A stretch of 64,000 nucleotides of DNA from a bacterium (lineage in GTDB: Bacteria > Krumholzibacteriota > Krumholzibacteriia > LZORAL124-64-63), in NCBI GenBank assembly GCA_031441465.1, contig JANOEP010000024.1:1-64000 (forward strand), in the 5' to 3' direction. Positions 9,584 to 19,349 of this stretch are shown piece after piece (position 1 is the first letter of the stretch; each line of letters begins with the position of its first letter). A program made the position numbers and the translations under genes. The notes beneath the pieces were generated by a model, which saw nothing but the letters and a program-made list of their open reading frames with translations, was not told where the DNA came from and did no database searches.

Positions 9584-10993
9584 TCAGCTGTCGACCGGCG
9601 TGTGGAAGGAAGGCGCCGACGAGGGGAAGGCCGCCGCCGTCAGGCGGCGGTGCGCGATCTCGTAGAATTCGCGGGCGGGCACCCGCGCGAAGCCCAGCTT
9701 GATGTCCGCCAGCGGGCGCCCCTGCAGGAAGCTCCAGTGGTGCAGCAGGGTCGGCTCGCGCGCGCCGGCCTCCGTCTGCAGGAAGCGCCGGTGGGAGCTG
9801 GACAACGACGTGCGCGGTGTGTTGTTCTTCGCCGCGAACCAGATCAGGTCGAGGATCTCCTCGCCGCTCGCCAGCGGCCGGCCCGTCCGCTCCCGCCAAC
9901 GATCCTGGATCTCTTCGGCCAGGGCCTGGTCCGAGCCCTTGCTCGTGTAGCTCAGCAGGTGCTTGTCGTAGGTGTCGAGCGCGTCCATGACGAAGGCGCC
10001 GAGCAGCGCGTCGCAGCCGTGCTCGGCGCCGATGCGGATCAGCGCCAGATCGTCGCACACCCCTTCGCCGAGCCGGCGGCGGAAATAGGCCTGGTCGTAC
10101 CGCGGCCAGGGATAGTCCCCCGCCGATTCCAGCGGCATCACGACGCCGATCTGTTCCAGCTCGCGCAGGGCCGGGTCGTCCCAGGGTTGCTGGCCGGGAT
10201 CCACGATGCCCGTCTGCTCGAACTTCGCGACGTCCACGATGCGGATCTCGCCGCCGCCCAACTCGTACAGCTCGCCGTCGAAGGCGCGGCGGTGCCAGTT
10301 GTGGGCCATGCGCCGGTGGCCCTCCTCGTCCATGAACCCCGCCAGGACCAGGCCCTTCAGGAAGGCGACGGTGTCGACCTCGCGCCCGGCGAGGAACTCC
10401 GCGCCCAGCAGCGGCCCGTCGGCGGTCTCGAGCCCCATCGTCGTGGTGTCCAGGCGGGCCAGCACGTGGTCGCGGACCTGGTCGACCAGGGCGGAGCGCC
10501 GGGCCCGGACCCGGTCGCTGCGCAGGTCGGGCCACGCGCGTTCCAGCTCGGTGAGCACGCGGTCGAAGGTCGCCTCGCGGAAGCACAGGGGAGCGCCGAA
10601 CTCGTCGACGAACCAGCCGTGGCCGCTCTGGGCCCGGCCGACCACGGACTGGGGCAGCAGGATCTCCCGCACCCCGGCCGGCGCCGCGATGCGCTGCGCC
10701 ATGAGGTAGGAGAAGTCGTCGCGGCAGAGTTTGCCGAACCGCTCCTCGTTGCCGCGGATGGTGAGGTAGGTCGCGCCGCGCCCGGCCCGCTCGCGGCCCC
10801 GACGTTCGCCGCCGGCGTCTTCCGCCGGGCGGTCCTCGCTCCGTTGCCGGCCGTGCACGGCGGCCGTCCGGTCCTTGAGGCGGTCGAGCGCCTGGACCAC
10901 CTTCTGGGCGGCTTGGCGCCGGCGCTTGATGCCGCCGCGGCGCGCCGACTTGCCGGATGTCTGATGGGGAGCGCCGTGGCTGCGTTTTTTCAT
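9584..10993 (-). CDS. Hypothetical protein (469 aa, basic N-terminal tail)
   Basis: Long ORF with host-like codon bias and globular composition after residue ~70; no family recognised. Confidence 0.8.
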   Translation of the reverse strand: MKKRSHGAPHQTSGKSARRGGIKRRRQAAQKVVQALDRLKDRTAAVHGRQRSEDRPAEDAGGERRGRERAGRGATYLTIRGNEERFGKLCRDDFSYLMAQRIAAPAGVREILLPQSVVGRAQSGHGWFVDEFGAPLCFREATFDRVLTELERAWPDLRSDRVRARRSALVDQVRDHVLARLDTTTMGLETADGPLLGAEFLAGREVDTVAFLKGLVLAGFMDEEGHRRMAHNWHRRAFDGELYELGGGEIRIVDVAKFEQTGIVDPGQQPWDDPALRELEQIGVVMPLESAGDYPWPRYDQAYFRRRLGEGVCDDLALIRIGAEHGCDALLGAFVMDALDTYDKHLLSYTSKGSDQALAEEIQDRWRERTGRPLASGEEILDLIWFAAKNNTPRTSLSSSHRRFLQTEAGAREPTLLHHWSFLQGRPLADIKLGFARVPAREFYEIAHRRLTAAAFPSSAPSFHTPVDS

Positions 10994-11042
10994 GGGATCA
11001 GAAGATAGCCCCGTCGCCGCCGCGCGCCCAGGTGAAATCGCG

Positions 11043-11068
11043 AGGCCGCCCCCGGGAGGGAGCGGCCT
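11043..11068 (-). terminator. GC-rich hairpin downstream of mscL
   Basis: AGGCCGCTCCC...GGGGGCGGCCT stem; weak U-tract. Confidence 0.4.
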
Positions 11069-11089
11069 GGACCGCGGGAGCGCCGCCGC

Positions 11090-11536
11090 CTAGAGGCTCG
11101 AGGCGCAGTGGGCGCACTTGGTCGCCTTGATGGGGATCGTCGACAAGCAGTGCGGGCACTCCTTGGTGGACGGTGCGGCCGCCGGCGCTGGCTCGTCGCG
11201 CTTCAGCTTGTTCAACCCGCGGATCACCAGGAAGACCGAGAAGGCGACGATCAGGAAGCTGATGACCGTGTTGATGAACAGGCCGACGTTCAGGGTCACC
11301 GCGCCCGCGGCCTGGGCGACGGCCAGGCTGCCGTAGGGCGCCGGCGTCGAGCCCTGCTTCAGCACCAGGAACAGGTTGCTGAAGTCCACGCCGCCCAGCA
11401 GCAGGCCGATCGGCGGCATGATGATGTCCTTGACCAGCGAGGTGACGATCGTCCCGAACGCGGCGCCGATGATGATGCCGATGGCCATGTCCATGACGTT
11501 GCCCTTGATGGCGAAATCCTTGAATTCCTTGAACAT
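11090..11536 (-). CDS. mscL: Large-conductance mechanosensitive channel with C-terminal Cys4 ribbon
   Basis: '[27 protein letters not shown]', ends CPHC...CAHC. Confidence 0.96.
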   Translation of the reverse strand: MFKEFKDFAIKGNVMDMAIGIIIGAAFGTIVTSLVKDIIMPPIGLLLGGVDFSNLFLVLKQGSTPAPYGSLAVAQAAGAVTLNVGLFINTVISFLIVAFSVFLVIRGLNKLKRDEPAPAAAPSTKECPHCLSTIPIKATKCAHCASSL

Positions 11537-11639
11537 GATTCCTCTCCCCTCATGTGGCTTGCGGAGATCCGACACGAAGCCGACGGATGATTGTCATACT
11601 CGAAACGGATTGCAACACATATTCGCTCGTGTTCCCGGT

Positions 11640-12785
11640 TCAGCCCAGCTCCTTGATCACCGACCGTGCGATCACCAGACGCTGGATCTCGCTGGTGCCT
11701 TCGTAGATGCGCGTGACGCGGACGTCGCGGTAGTAGCGCTCGACGTCGTAGTCCTTGGTGTAGCCGAACCCGCCGTGGATTTGGACGGCCTCGTCGGCCA
11801 CGTGGCCCGCCGCCTCGGTGGCCAGCAGCTTGGCCATGGCCGCCTCCTTCGTGTGCGGGCGTCCCTGGTCCTTGAGCCAGGCGGCGTGCAGCGCGGTGAG
11901 GCGGGCCGCGTGCAGGCGGGCGGCCATGTCGGCGAACTTGTCGCGGACGGTGGGGATGTGCCAGAGCTTCTCGCCGAAGGCGATGCGCTGGCCGGCGTAG
12001 CGCACGGAGGCCTCGAGGCAGGCCCGGCCGATGCCGAGGGCCTGGAAGGCGATGCCGATGCGGCCGCCGTCGAGGGCCTTCATCGCCACCTTGAAGCCGT
12101 CGCCCTCCTCGCCGAGCCGGTTGGCGACCGGGATCCGCACCGCGTCCAGCTCGACGACGCAGGTGTCGGAGCAGCGCAGCCCCATCTTGTCTTCCTTCTT
12201 GGCGACGCTGAGGCCGGGCGCGTCGCGCTCGACCAGGAAGGCGTGGACGCTGTCGTGGCCGACGCTGCCGGGGGTGCGCGCCAGCACCACGTAGTAGCGG
12301 GCGCGCGAGCCGTTGGTCACCCACATCTTGCTGCCCGTCAGCACGTACTGGTCGCCGTCGCGGGCGGCGGCCGTGGTCAGGGCGGCGGCGTCCGACCCGG
12401 CGCCGGCCTCGCTGACGCAGAAGGCGGCGATCTCGCCGGCGGCCATCCGCGGCAGCACGCGCGCCTTCAACTCGTCGCTGCCGAACATCGCGATGGGGTA
12501 CGAGCCCACGCTGTTGTGCACGCAGATCATGACGGCCACGCCGGCGCTCACGGCCGAGAGTTCCTCGACCACCAGCCCGTAGGTCGTGGTGTCGACGCCC
12601 AGCCCGCCGAGGCCCTCGGGGAAGGTCAGTCCGAAGAAGCCGCCCTCGCGCAGCTTCTGGATCAGCGTCTCGGGCATGTCCGCGTCGCGGTCCATCTGCG
12701 CGGCCAGGGGCGCGATCTCACGCGCCGCGAAGTCGCGGACCATGTCGCGGAACATCGTCTGCTGCTCGTTGAACGAAAAATCCAT
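11640..12785 (-). CDS. Acyl-CoA dehydrogenase (short/branched-chain type)
   Basis: 'SEAGAGSD', 'GSKMWVTNG', 'QIHGGFGY', '[10 protein letters not shown]'. Confidence 0.95.
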   Translation of the reverse strand: MDFSFNEQQTMFRDMVRDFAAREIAPLAAQMDRDADMPETLIQKLREGGFFGLTFPEGLGGLGVDTTTYGLVVEELSAVSAGVAVMICVHNSVGSYPIAMFGSDELKARVLPRMAAGEIAAFCVSEAGAGSDAAALTTAAARDGDQYVLTGSKMWVTNGSRARYYVVLARTPGSVGHDSVHAFLVERDAPGLSVAKKEDKMGLRCSDTCVVELDAVRIPVANRLGEEGDGFKVAMKALDGGRIGIAFQALGIGRACLEASVRYAGQRIAFGEKLWHIPTVRDKFADMAARLHAARLTALHAAWLKDQGRPHTKEAAMAKLLATEAAGHVADEAVQIHGGFGYTKDYDVERYYRDVRVTRIYEGTSEIQRLVIARSVIKELG

Positions 12786-12789
12786 CCCG

Positions 12790-13929
12790 CTACCTCAACC
12801 GGTGTCCGGCGATGACCATGCGCTGCGCCTCGCTGGTGCCTTCGTAGATCGACGTGATCCGGGCGTCGCGGAAGTGGCGCTCGACCGGGTATTCCTTGCT
12901 GTAGCCGTTGCCGCCGAAGATCTGCACCGCCTCCTCGGCGATGTAGCTGGCGGACTCCGAGGCGAAGAGCTTCGCCATGGCCGCCTGCTCGCCGTAGGGC
13001 TCGCCCGCGTCCTTGAGCGCCGCGGCGCGCAGGGTCAGCAGGCGGGACGCCTCGTAACGGGTGGCCATGTCGGCGATCTTCCACTGGATGGCCTGGAACC
13101 TCGCGATGGGTTGGCCGAACTGCTCGCGGGTCTTGGCGTAGGAGACGGCCGCCTCGAGGGCGGCCTTGGCGATCCCCAGCGCCTGCGAGGCGATGCCGAT
13201 GCGGCCGCCGTCCAGCGTCGACATGGCGACCCGGAAGCCGGCGCCGTCGGCGCCGAGCTGCTGGTCGGCCGGGACGCGCACGCCGTCGAAGGCGAGCTGC
13301 GCGGTGTCCGAGGCCCGGATGCCCAGCTTCTTCTCCTTGCTGATCACGGCGAACCCCTCGCTCTTCGTCTCGACGATGAAGGCGAAGATGCCCTTGTGCT
13401 TCAGCGCGGGGTCGGTCTGCGCGAAGACGATCAGGACGTCGGCGTGCGCGCCGTTGGTGATGAAGTTCTTCATGCCGTTCAACACCCAGTGGTCGCCGTC
13501 GCGGCGGGCCGTCGTCTGCTGGTTGGCGGCGTCGGTCCCGGCGTTGGGCTCGCTCAGGCAGTAGGCGCCCAGCAGCTCGCCCCGCGCCAGCGGGACCAGG
13601 AACTTCAGCTTCTGCGCCTCGGTGCCGTAGGTCTCCAGCGGCCAGCAGACCAGGGAATTGTTCACCGACATGATCACGCCGGTCGAGGCGCAGGCGGCGG
13701 AAATCTCCTCCATCGCCAGCACGTAGCTCACCATGTCGAAGCCGGCCCCGCCGTACTGTTCGGGCACGTTCATGCCGAGGAAGCCCAGCTCGCCCAGCTT
13801 CTTCACCTGCGCGGCGGGGAACTCCTCGTCACGGTCCCACCGCGCGGCGTGGGGCGCCAGCTCCTTCTGGGCGAAGTCGCGGGCCGCCTGCCGGATCATG
13901 CGCTGCTGCTCGGTCAGTGCGAAGTTCAC
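12790..13929 (-). CDS. Acyl-CoA (butyryl-CoA-like) dehydrogenase
   Basis: 'LSEPNAGTD', 'LDGGRIGIA', 'IYEGTSEAQR'. Confidence 0.95.
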   Translation of the reverse strand: MNFALTEQQRMIRQAARDFAQKELAPHAARWDRDEEFPAAQVKKLGELGFLGMNVPEQYGGAGFDMVSYVLAMEEISAACASTGVIMSVNNSLVCWPLETYGTEAQKLKFLVPLARGELLGAYCLSEPNAGTDAANQQTTARRDGDHWVLNGMKNFITNGAHADVLIVFAQTDPALKHKGIFAFIVETKSEGFAVISKEKKLGIRASDTAQLAFDGVRVPADQQLGADGAGFRVAMSTLDGGRIGIASQALGIAKAALEAAVSYAKTREQFGQPIARFQAIQWKIADMATRYEASRLLTLRAAALKDAGEPYGEQAAMAKLFASESASYIAEEAVQIFGGNGYSKEYPVERHFRDARITSIYEGTSEAQRMVIAGHRLR

Positions 13930-13939
13930 GTCGCCTCCC

Positions 13940-14785
13940 CTAGGCCTGGTATTCGTAGAAGCCGCGGCCGGTCTTGCGGCCGAGGCGGCCGGCGGCGACC
14001 ATGCGCACCAGCAGCGGGCTGGGACGGTACTTGCCGTCCTTGAATCCGTCGTGCAGCACGTTCATGATGTCCAGGCAGACGTCCAGACCGATAAAGTCGG
14101 CCAGCTGCAGCGGCCCCATCGGGTGGGCCATGCCCAGCTTCATGACCGTGTCGATGGCCTCGCGGTCGGCGACGCCCTCCATCAGGCACTGCACCGCCTC
14201 GTTGATCATGGGCATCAGCACGCGGTTGCTGATGAAGCCGGGGTAGTCCTGCACCGCGACCGGCGTCTTGTCCAGGTCCGTGCTGACCGCCATGATCCGC
14301 GCGAGGACCGCCGGGTCGGTCGCCTGGCCGCTGATGACCTCGACGAGCTTCATGACCGGCACGGGGTTCATGAAGTGCATGCCGATCACGCGCGACGGCC
14401 GGCCCGTGCAGGCGGCGAGCTTCGTGATGCTGATGCTGGAGGTGTTCGAGGCCAGGATCGCCTCGGGGCCCAGGACCTGGTCCAGCTTCTGGAAGATCGC
14501 CCGCTTGACCTCGAAGCTCTCGAAGACGGCCTCGATCGCCAGGTCGGCGCCGGCGGCAGCGTCAAGGTCGGTCGCCGCGGCGATGCGCTTCAGGGTCGCG
14601 TCCTTGTCGGCTTCCGGGAGCGTCCCCTTCTTGACTTGCCGGTCGAGGTTCTTGGCGATGGTGCCGAGGGCCCGGTCCAGGGCGCCGCGGTCGAGGTCGA
14701 TCAGGGTGACGTCGTGGCCATGCTGGGCGAAGACGTGCACGATCCCGTTGCCCATCGTCCCGCCGCCGATCACCGCTACCTTCAT
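13940..14785 (-). CDS. hbd: 3-hydroxybutyryl-CoA dehydrogenase
   Basis: GGGTMGNGI Rossmann motif, 'SNTSS', 'GMHFMNP', 'HPMGPL', 'GRKTGRGFY'. Confidence 0.95.
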   Translation of the reverse strand: MKVAVIGGGTMGNGIVHVFAQHGHDVTLIDLDRGALDRALGTIAKNLDRQVKKGTLPEADKDATLKRIAAATDLDAAAGADLAIEAVFESFEVKRAIFQKLDQVLGPEAILASNTSSISITKLAACTGRPSRVIGMHFMNPVPVMKLVEVISGQATDPAVLARIMAVSTDLDKTPVAVQDYPGFISNRVLMPMINEAVQCLMEGVADREAIDTVMKLGMAHPMGPLQLADFIGLDVCLDIMNVLHDGFKDGKYRPSPLLVRMVAAGRLGRKTGRGFYEYQA

Positions 14786-14821
14786 GTCATGCCTCCGTCC
14801 GAAGTTGCCTCACGTGGATGA

Positions 14822-16009
14822 TCAGGGTCTGGCGATCGACATCGCCACGGCGTCGCCGCCGCCCAGGCACAGGGCCACCATGCCGCTCGCGGCGCCGCGG
14901 TCGCGCATGGCGTGCAGCAGCGTCACCAGGCAGCGCGCCCCCGAGGCGCCGATGGGGTGGCCCAGGGCCACCGCCCCCCCGTGGACGTTGACCAGCGCGG
15001 GGTCGAGGCCCAACTGCTCGGTCACGGCTACCGCCTGCGCGGCGAAGGCCTCGTTCAGTTCGAACAGTCCGTAGTCCGCGACTGGGCGCCCGGCCTTGCG
15101 GGCCACGTGCCGGACCGCGCCGACCGGGGCCATCATGACCCACTCGGGATCGACCGCCCCAGTGCCGTAGGCCTCGACGACCGCCAGCACCGGCAGCCCC
15201 TTCTCCTTGGCGAACGACTCGCTGCAGACCAGCACGACCGCCGCGCCGTCGTTGATGGTCGAGGCGTTGCCGGCGGTGACCGTGCCGCCGTCGCGCTTGA
15301 AGGCCGGCTTGAGCTTGGACAGGGAGGCGGCCGTCGTGTCGGCGCGCGGACCTTCGTCCGTGTCGACGAGCACGGGGTCGCCCTTGCGCTGGGGCACGGG
15401 CACCGGCACGATCTCCGCCGCGAACTTGCCCGCGGCCATGGCCGCCGCGGCGCGGCGGTGCGACTCGGCGGCGTAGGCGTCCTGCCGCTCGCGCGTCACC
15501 GCGTACTTGTCGACCACCAGTTCGGCGGTCATGCCCATGTGGTAGTCGTGGTAGACGTCCCAAAGGCCGTCGTGGACGAGCAGGTCGGTGAGCTGCTGGT
15601 GCCCCAGGCGCAGACCGTCGCGGGCCCCGAACAGCGCGAACGGGATCTGCGACATGTTCTCCATGCCGCCGGCGACCGCACAGCGGAGGTCGCCGGCCTT
15701 GATCGCCTGGGCGGCCGACATCACGGCCCGCAGGCCCGAACCGCAGACCTTGTTCAGGGTCATGGCGCTGACCGAGGTGGGGATCCCGCCCCAGATCGCG
15801 GCCTGCCGGGCCGGGTTCTGGCCCAGTCCCGCCTGGACCACGCAGCCCATGATCACTTCCTCCACCTCGGCCGGGTTCAGGCCGGTGCGCTCAAGCAACC
15901 CCTGGATGGCCGCCGCGCCGAGACGGCTCGCCTTGACCGAGGCCAGACCGCCCTGGAAGCGCCCGATCGGGGTGCGGACAGCCCCGCAGATGACGATGCG
16001 CTCACTCAT
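14822..16009 (-). CDS. Acetyl-CoA C-acetyltransferase (thiolase)
   Basis: 'NKVCGSG', 'NEAFA', 'GHPIGASG', 'CLGGG'. Confidence 0.96.
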   Translation of the reverse strand: MSERIVICGAVRTPIGRFQGGLASVKASRLGAAAIQGLLERTGLNPAEVEEVIMGCVVQAGLGQNPARQAAIWGGIPTSVSAMTLNKVCGSGLRAVMSAAQAIKAGDLRCAVAGGMENMSQIPFALFGARDGLRLGHQQLTDLLVHDGLWDVYHDYHMGMTAELVVDKYAVTRERQDAYAAESHRRAAAAMAAGKFAAEIVPVPVPQRKGDPVLVDTDEGPRADTTAASLSKLKPAFKRDGGTVTAGNASTINDGAAVVLVCSESFAKEKGLPVLAVVEAYGTGAVDPEWVMMAPVGAVRHVARKAGRPVADYGLFELNEAFAAQAVAVTEQLGLDPALVNVHGGAVALGHPIGASGARCLVTLLHAMRDRGAASGMVALCLGGGDAVAMSIARP

Positions 16010-16048
16010 GATGCCCTCGACTTTCACTTGAACCATTTCAGGCAAACT

Positions 16049-17188
16049 CTATTCTTCCAAAAGATTACGAGCGATGACGATTCGCTGGATTTCGCTGGTG
16101 CCCTCGCCGATCGTGCACAGCTTGGCGTCGCGGTACATGCGCTCGACGGGATACTCCCGGCAGAAGCCGTAGCCCCCCAGCAGCTGGATCGCGCCGGAGG
16201 TGACCTCCATGGCGATCTCGCTGGCGTAGAGCTTGCCCTTGGCCGCCATGTCGGCGTAGGGCTCGCCGGCGTCCTTGCGGCGGCAGGCTTCGTAAATCAG
16301 CAGGCGCGCCGCGTCGATCTTGAGGCTCATGTCCGCGAGCTGGAACTGGACGGCCTGCTGCGCGGAGATGGGCTGGCCGAACTGGATGCGCCCCTTCGCG
16401 TAGTCGCGCGCGGTCTCGAAGGCGCCGACCGCCAGGCCCAGGGCCAGCGCGCCGATGGAGATGCGGCCGCCGTCGAGCGTCGCCAGGAACTGCTTGAAGC
16501 CGTCGCCCTGCTGGCCGAGCAGGGCGTCCGCGGGCACACGCACGTCCTCGAGGGTCAGCGGCGCGGTGTCGGAGGCCCGCATGCCGAGCTTGTCCTCCTT
16601 CTTCTCGACCGTGAAGCCCGGGGTTCCGGTCGGGACGATGAAGGCGCTGATGCCCCTGCTGCCGGTGGCGGTCGGGTCGGTCTTGGCGGTGACGATGACC
16701 GCGCCGGCGTGGTGGGCGTTGGTGATCCACTGCTTGCGGCCGTTCAGCACCCAATCGCCGCCGTCGCGCACGGCCGTGGACGCGGTGCCGCCGGCATCGC
16801 TGCCCGCGCCGGGCTCGGTCAGCCCGAAACTCAGCAGGTAGTCGCCGCGGCAGGCGCCGGGCAACCAGCGCTGCTTCTGCTCGGGTGTGCCGAAGGCGTG
16901 GATCGGCCAGCAACCCAGGCTGTTGTGGGCGGCGACGGTCAGACCGTGGCTGCCGCAGACCCGGCTGAGTTCCTCCACGACCAGGGCGTAGCTGGTCGTG
17001 TCCACCTGGAAGCCGCCCTCGGCCTCGGGCACCTTCAGGCCCAGCAGGCCCAGCGCGCCGAGTTCCTTGATCGTGGCCTCGGGGAACTCGCCGGTCTCGT
17101 CGATGCGCGCGGCGATGGGCGCGATGCGCGACTTGGCGAAGTCGCGGGTCATCTCGCGGATCATCTTCTGGTTTTCGGAGAGGAGCAT
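16049..17188 (-). CDS. Acyl-CoA dehydrogenase
   Basis: 'LTEPGAGSD', 'QLLGGYG', '[10 protein letters not shown]'; GGAGG RBS before MLLSENQ. Confidence 0.95.
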   Translation of the reverse strand: MLLSENQKMIREMTRDFAKSRIAPIAARIDETGEFPEATIKELGALGLLGLKVPEAEGGFQVDTTSYALVVEELSRVCGSHGLTVAAHNSLGCWPIHAFGTPEQKQRWLPGACRGDYLLSFGLTEPGAGSDAGGTASTAVRDGGDWVLNGRKQWITNAHHAGAVIVTAKTDPTATGSRGISAFIVPTGTPGFTVEKKEDKLGMRASDTAPLTLEDVRVPADALLGQQGDGFKQFLATLDGGRISIGALALGLAVGAFETARDYAKGRIQFGQPISAQQAVQFQLADMSLKIDAARLLIYEACRRKDAGEPYADMAAKGKLYASEIAMEVTSGAIQLLGGYGFCREYPVERMYRDAKLCTIGEGTSEIQRIVIARNLLEE

Positions 17189-17443
17189 CGTGCCTCCGCG
17201 CGGGCGCCGAGGGGGCCCGCGGCTTCGGTTCGGGGGTGTCGCCGGAGGTGGGGCCGCCGCCCCCCGGCCGATGCGGGCTGGCGTGATCGCGTCAGGGACC
17301 GCTCGACGCCGGAGGCACAGGATACGAAACGGGGTCGGCCGGGGAAAGCGAAATCGCTGCACAGTTTCAAGAATGGCAGACAGATACGCCCAAGGGCGGG
17401 CCCCACCGGGGACCCGCCCTCACGGAGCGCGCGCCGTGGTGCG

Positions 17444-18106
17444 CTACCGGTAGTCGACCTTGATCTCACCCCAGCTGCGGTCCACCGCGGGGACGAGACC
17501 CTCGCAGGCGTTCCATTCGCCCGGCGTCGGGGGGCAGCCGGTGCCGGTCGGCACCAGCGCCCCGCCGTAGGGCGACAGCGCGTCGCACAGGACCCACTCG
17601 TTCTCGGGCAGCATCCGGGCGAGCGAGCGGTCGTCGACCCCGGCGTGGGCCGGGTAGATCAGCGCGTCGACCAGCGTCGCGCCGGGCAGCACCGGATCGC
17701 CCTGGAAAAGTTCGAGCTGGTCGCCCCCATTGTTCAGGCTCAGGCCCGTGACGGTGACGCCGTTGGCCTGCTGCCAGGCCACGGCCGCCCCGCCCGTGAA
17801 GAGGGCGGTCTCGCCGGCGGCCAGCTCGCCCGTCAGGCGCAGTTGCGCCTCCTCCCCCAGCGCGTCGCGCAGCCAGTAGTTCGCGAGATCCACGGCCGCA
17901 GGGCCGGTGTTGACGATCTCGACCCACTCGTCGTCACGGCTGCTGAGCGCGCCGTCGCCGTTCCAGTCGCTGGCGGGGTCGGCCAGCACCTCCGACAGCA
18001 GGACCGCGCCGTCGGCGCCGCCCACCCAGGCGCCACCGAGCAGCCACAGCAGCACCACGTTCACCGCCAGCCACGCGCGTCCGTGTTCCGTCTCCCAAGG
18101 CCACAT
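17444..18106 (-). CDS. Secreted lamin-tail-domain-like protein with C-terminal SWGxIK tag
   Basis: Signal peptide, 'LLSEVLADP..DWNGDG....DEWVEIVN', 'LNNGGD', ends 'DRSWGEIKVDYR'; AAGGAG RBS. Confidence 0.8.
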   Translation of the reverse strand: MWPWETEHGRAWLAVNVVLLWLLGGAWVGGADGAVLLSEVLADPASDWNGDGALSSRDDEWVEIVNTGPAAVDLANYWLRDALGEEAQLRLTGELAAGETALFTGGAAVAWQQANGVTVTGLSLNNGGDQLELFQGDPVLPGATLVDALIYPAHAGVDDRSLARMLPENEWVLCDALSPYGGALVPTGTGCPPTPGEWNACEGLVPAVDRSWGEIKVDYR

Positions 18107-18308
18107 ATGTTCTCCTTCCGATCGGGTGTGGGGGAAAGACACCCGCCCAGCCAGGACGATGCCGCGCCGACGCCGCCGACCGCCGGGAGGCGCGTTCGCG
18201 GCGCCACGGGGCCCGGGGATCGCGGCCACGCCCCCGCCGCCTCGCGTCGGGGTGTCCCGCGGCGGGGACATCCGGGCCCCGTGGCGTCCCCGACCGGTTT
18301 CTTCCGCC

Positions 18309-18337
18309 TTGGCGGCGCGGCGGCGTCCGGCTACGCT
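18309..18337 (+). promoter_or_regulatory. Putative sigma-70 promoter of the Gfo/Idh/MocA gene
   Basis: TTGGCG-17 bp-TACGCT. Confidence 0.45.
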
Positions 18338-18362
18338 CGCCGCCAAGCTGAAAGGGGAATCC

Positions 18363-19343
18363 ATGATCGTCCGTCTGGGAGTGATCGGCGCCGGCACGCA
18401 CGGCGCCCGCTACCTGCGCCACGCCGCCCGCGACGTGCCGGGCCTGCGCCCGGTCGCGCTGTGCCGCCGCGACGAAGCCGCCGGAGTGGCCCTGGCCGCC
18501 GAACTGGGTTGCCGCTACGAGCGCGATCCCGCGGCGTTGATCGCCGCGGCCGACGTCGACGCGGTGCTGGTCTGCACGCCGCCCTCGAGCCACTTCGCGC
18601 TGGCGGCCGCGGTCCGCGGGGCAGGCAAGGCCCTGCTGCTGGAAAAACCCATGACCGGCACGCTCGCCGAGGCCCGCCGCCTGGTGGAGCTCGACGATCT
18701 CGCCGCCGGCCCCCGGCTGATCGTCGCGCAGACCCTGCGCTGGAACCCGGTGATCCGACGGGCCCGCGAACTCTGGCCGCGGCTCGGCGAGGTCCGTCAT
18801 GTGCGCCTCGCCCAGCGGTTGGAGCCGACGGACCTGGACTGGCAACGCGACCCGGCGGTGACGGTCGGCGGTTCGGTGCTGCTGACCGGCGTCCACCTGT
18901 TCGACACGGTGCGCTACGTGACGGGGCGGGAATTCACGGAGATCGACGCGCGTCAGGAAAGATTCCGCAACCCGGCGGTGGAGGACTTCTACCTGGCGCG
19001 GGCCCGTCTGGACGACGGGACCTACGTCTCGCTGGAGGTGAGCAAGTTCGGCCACGCGCGCGCCTGCCTGCTCGAGGCCGTGGGCACCGAGGGCCAGTTG
19101 CTCGCCGACTACCAGTTCGGGGGGATCCGCCTGATCCGGGGTCGCGAGGTGGAGCAGATCGCCGTCGACGCCGGGACGCCCACCTTGCCGGCGGTCCTGG
19201 AACAACTGAGGGACACGGCGCGCGGGGACGCCGTGTCCCCCGTCCCGGCCAGCGATGGGTTGCGGACCATGGAACTCGTCGAGGCGTCCTACCGCTCCCA
19301 CGAACGCCGGTGCGCGGTCGCGATCAAGGACCTCGGACGCTAG
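18363..19343 (+). CDS. Gfo/Idh/MocA family oxidoreductase
   Basis: 'GVIGAG', 'CTPPSSH', 'LLEKP', 'GG...GVHLFD'. Confidence 0.92.
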   Translation: MIVRLGVIGAGTHGARYLRHAARDVPGLRPVALCRRDEAAGVALAAELGCRYERDPAALIAAADVDAVLVCTPPSSHFALAAAVRGAGKALLLEKPMTGTLAEARRLVELDDLAAGPRLIVAQTLRWNPVIRRARELWPRLGEVRHVRLAQRLEPTDLDWQRDPAVTVGGSVLLTGVHLFDTVRYVTGREFTEIDARQERFRNPAVEDFYLARARLDDGTYVSLEVSKFGHARACLLEAVGTEGQLLADYQFGGIRLIRGREVEQIAVDAGTPTLPAVLEQLRDTARGDAVSPVPASDGLRTMELVEASYRSHERRCAVAIKDLGR

Positions 19344-19349
19344 CGCCGA

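Noticed and set aside
11560..11630. mscL promoter or a second MarR-type site (TGTTGCAAT)
   Set aside because: The region is AT-rich, but -35/-10 spacing is ambiguous and the palindrome is too short to support a call
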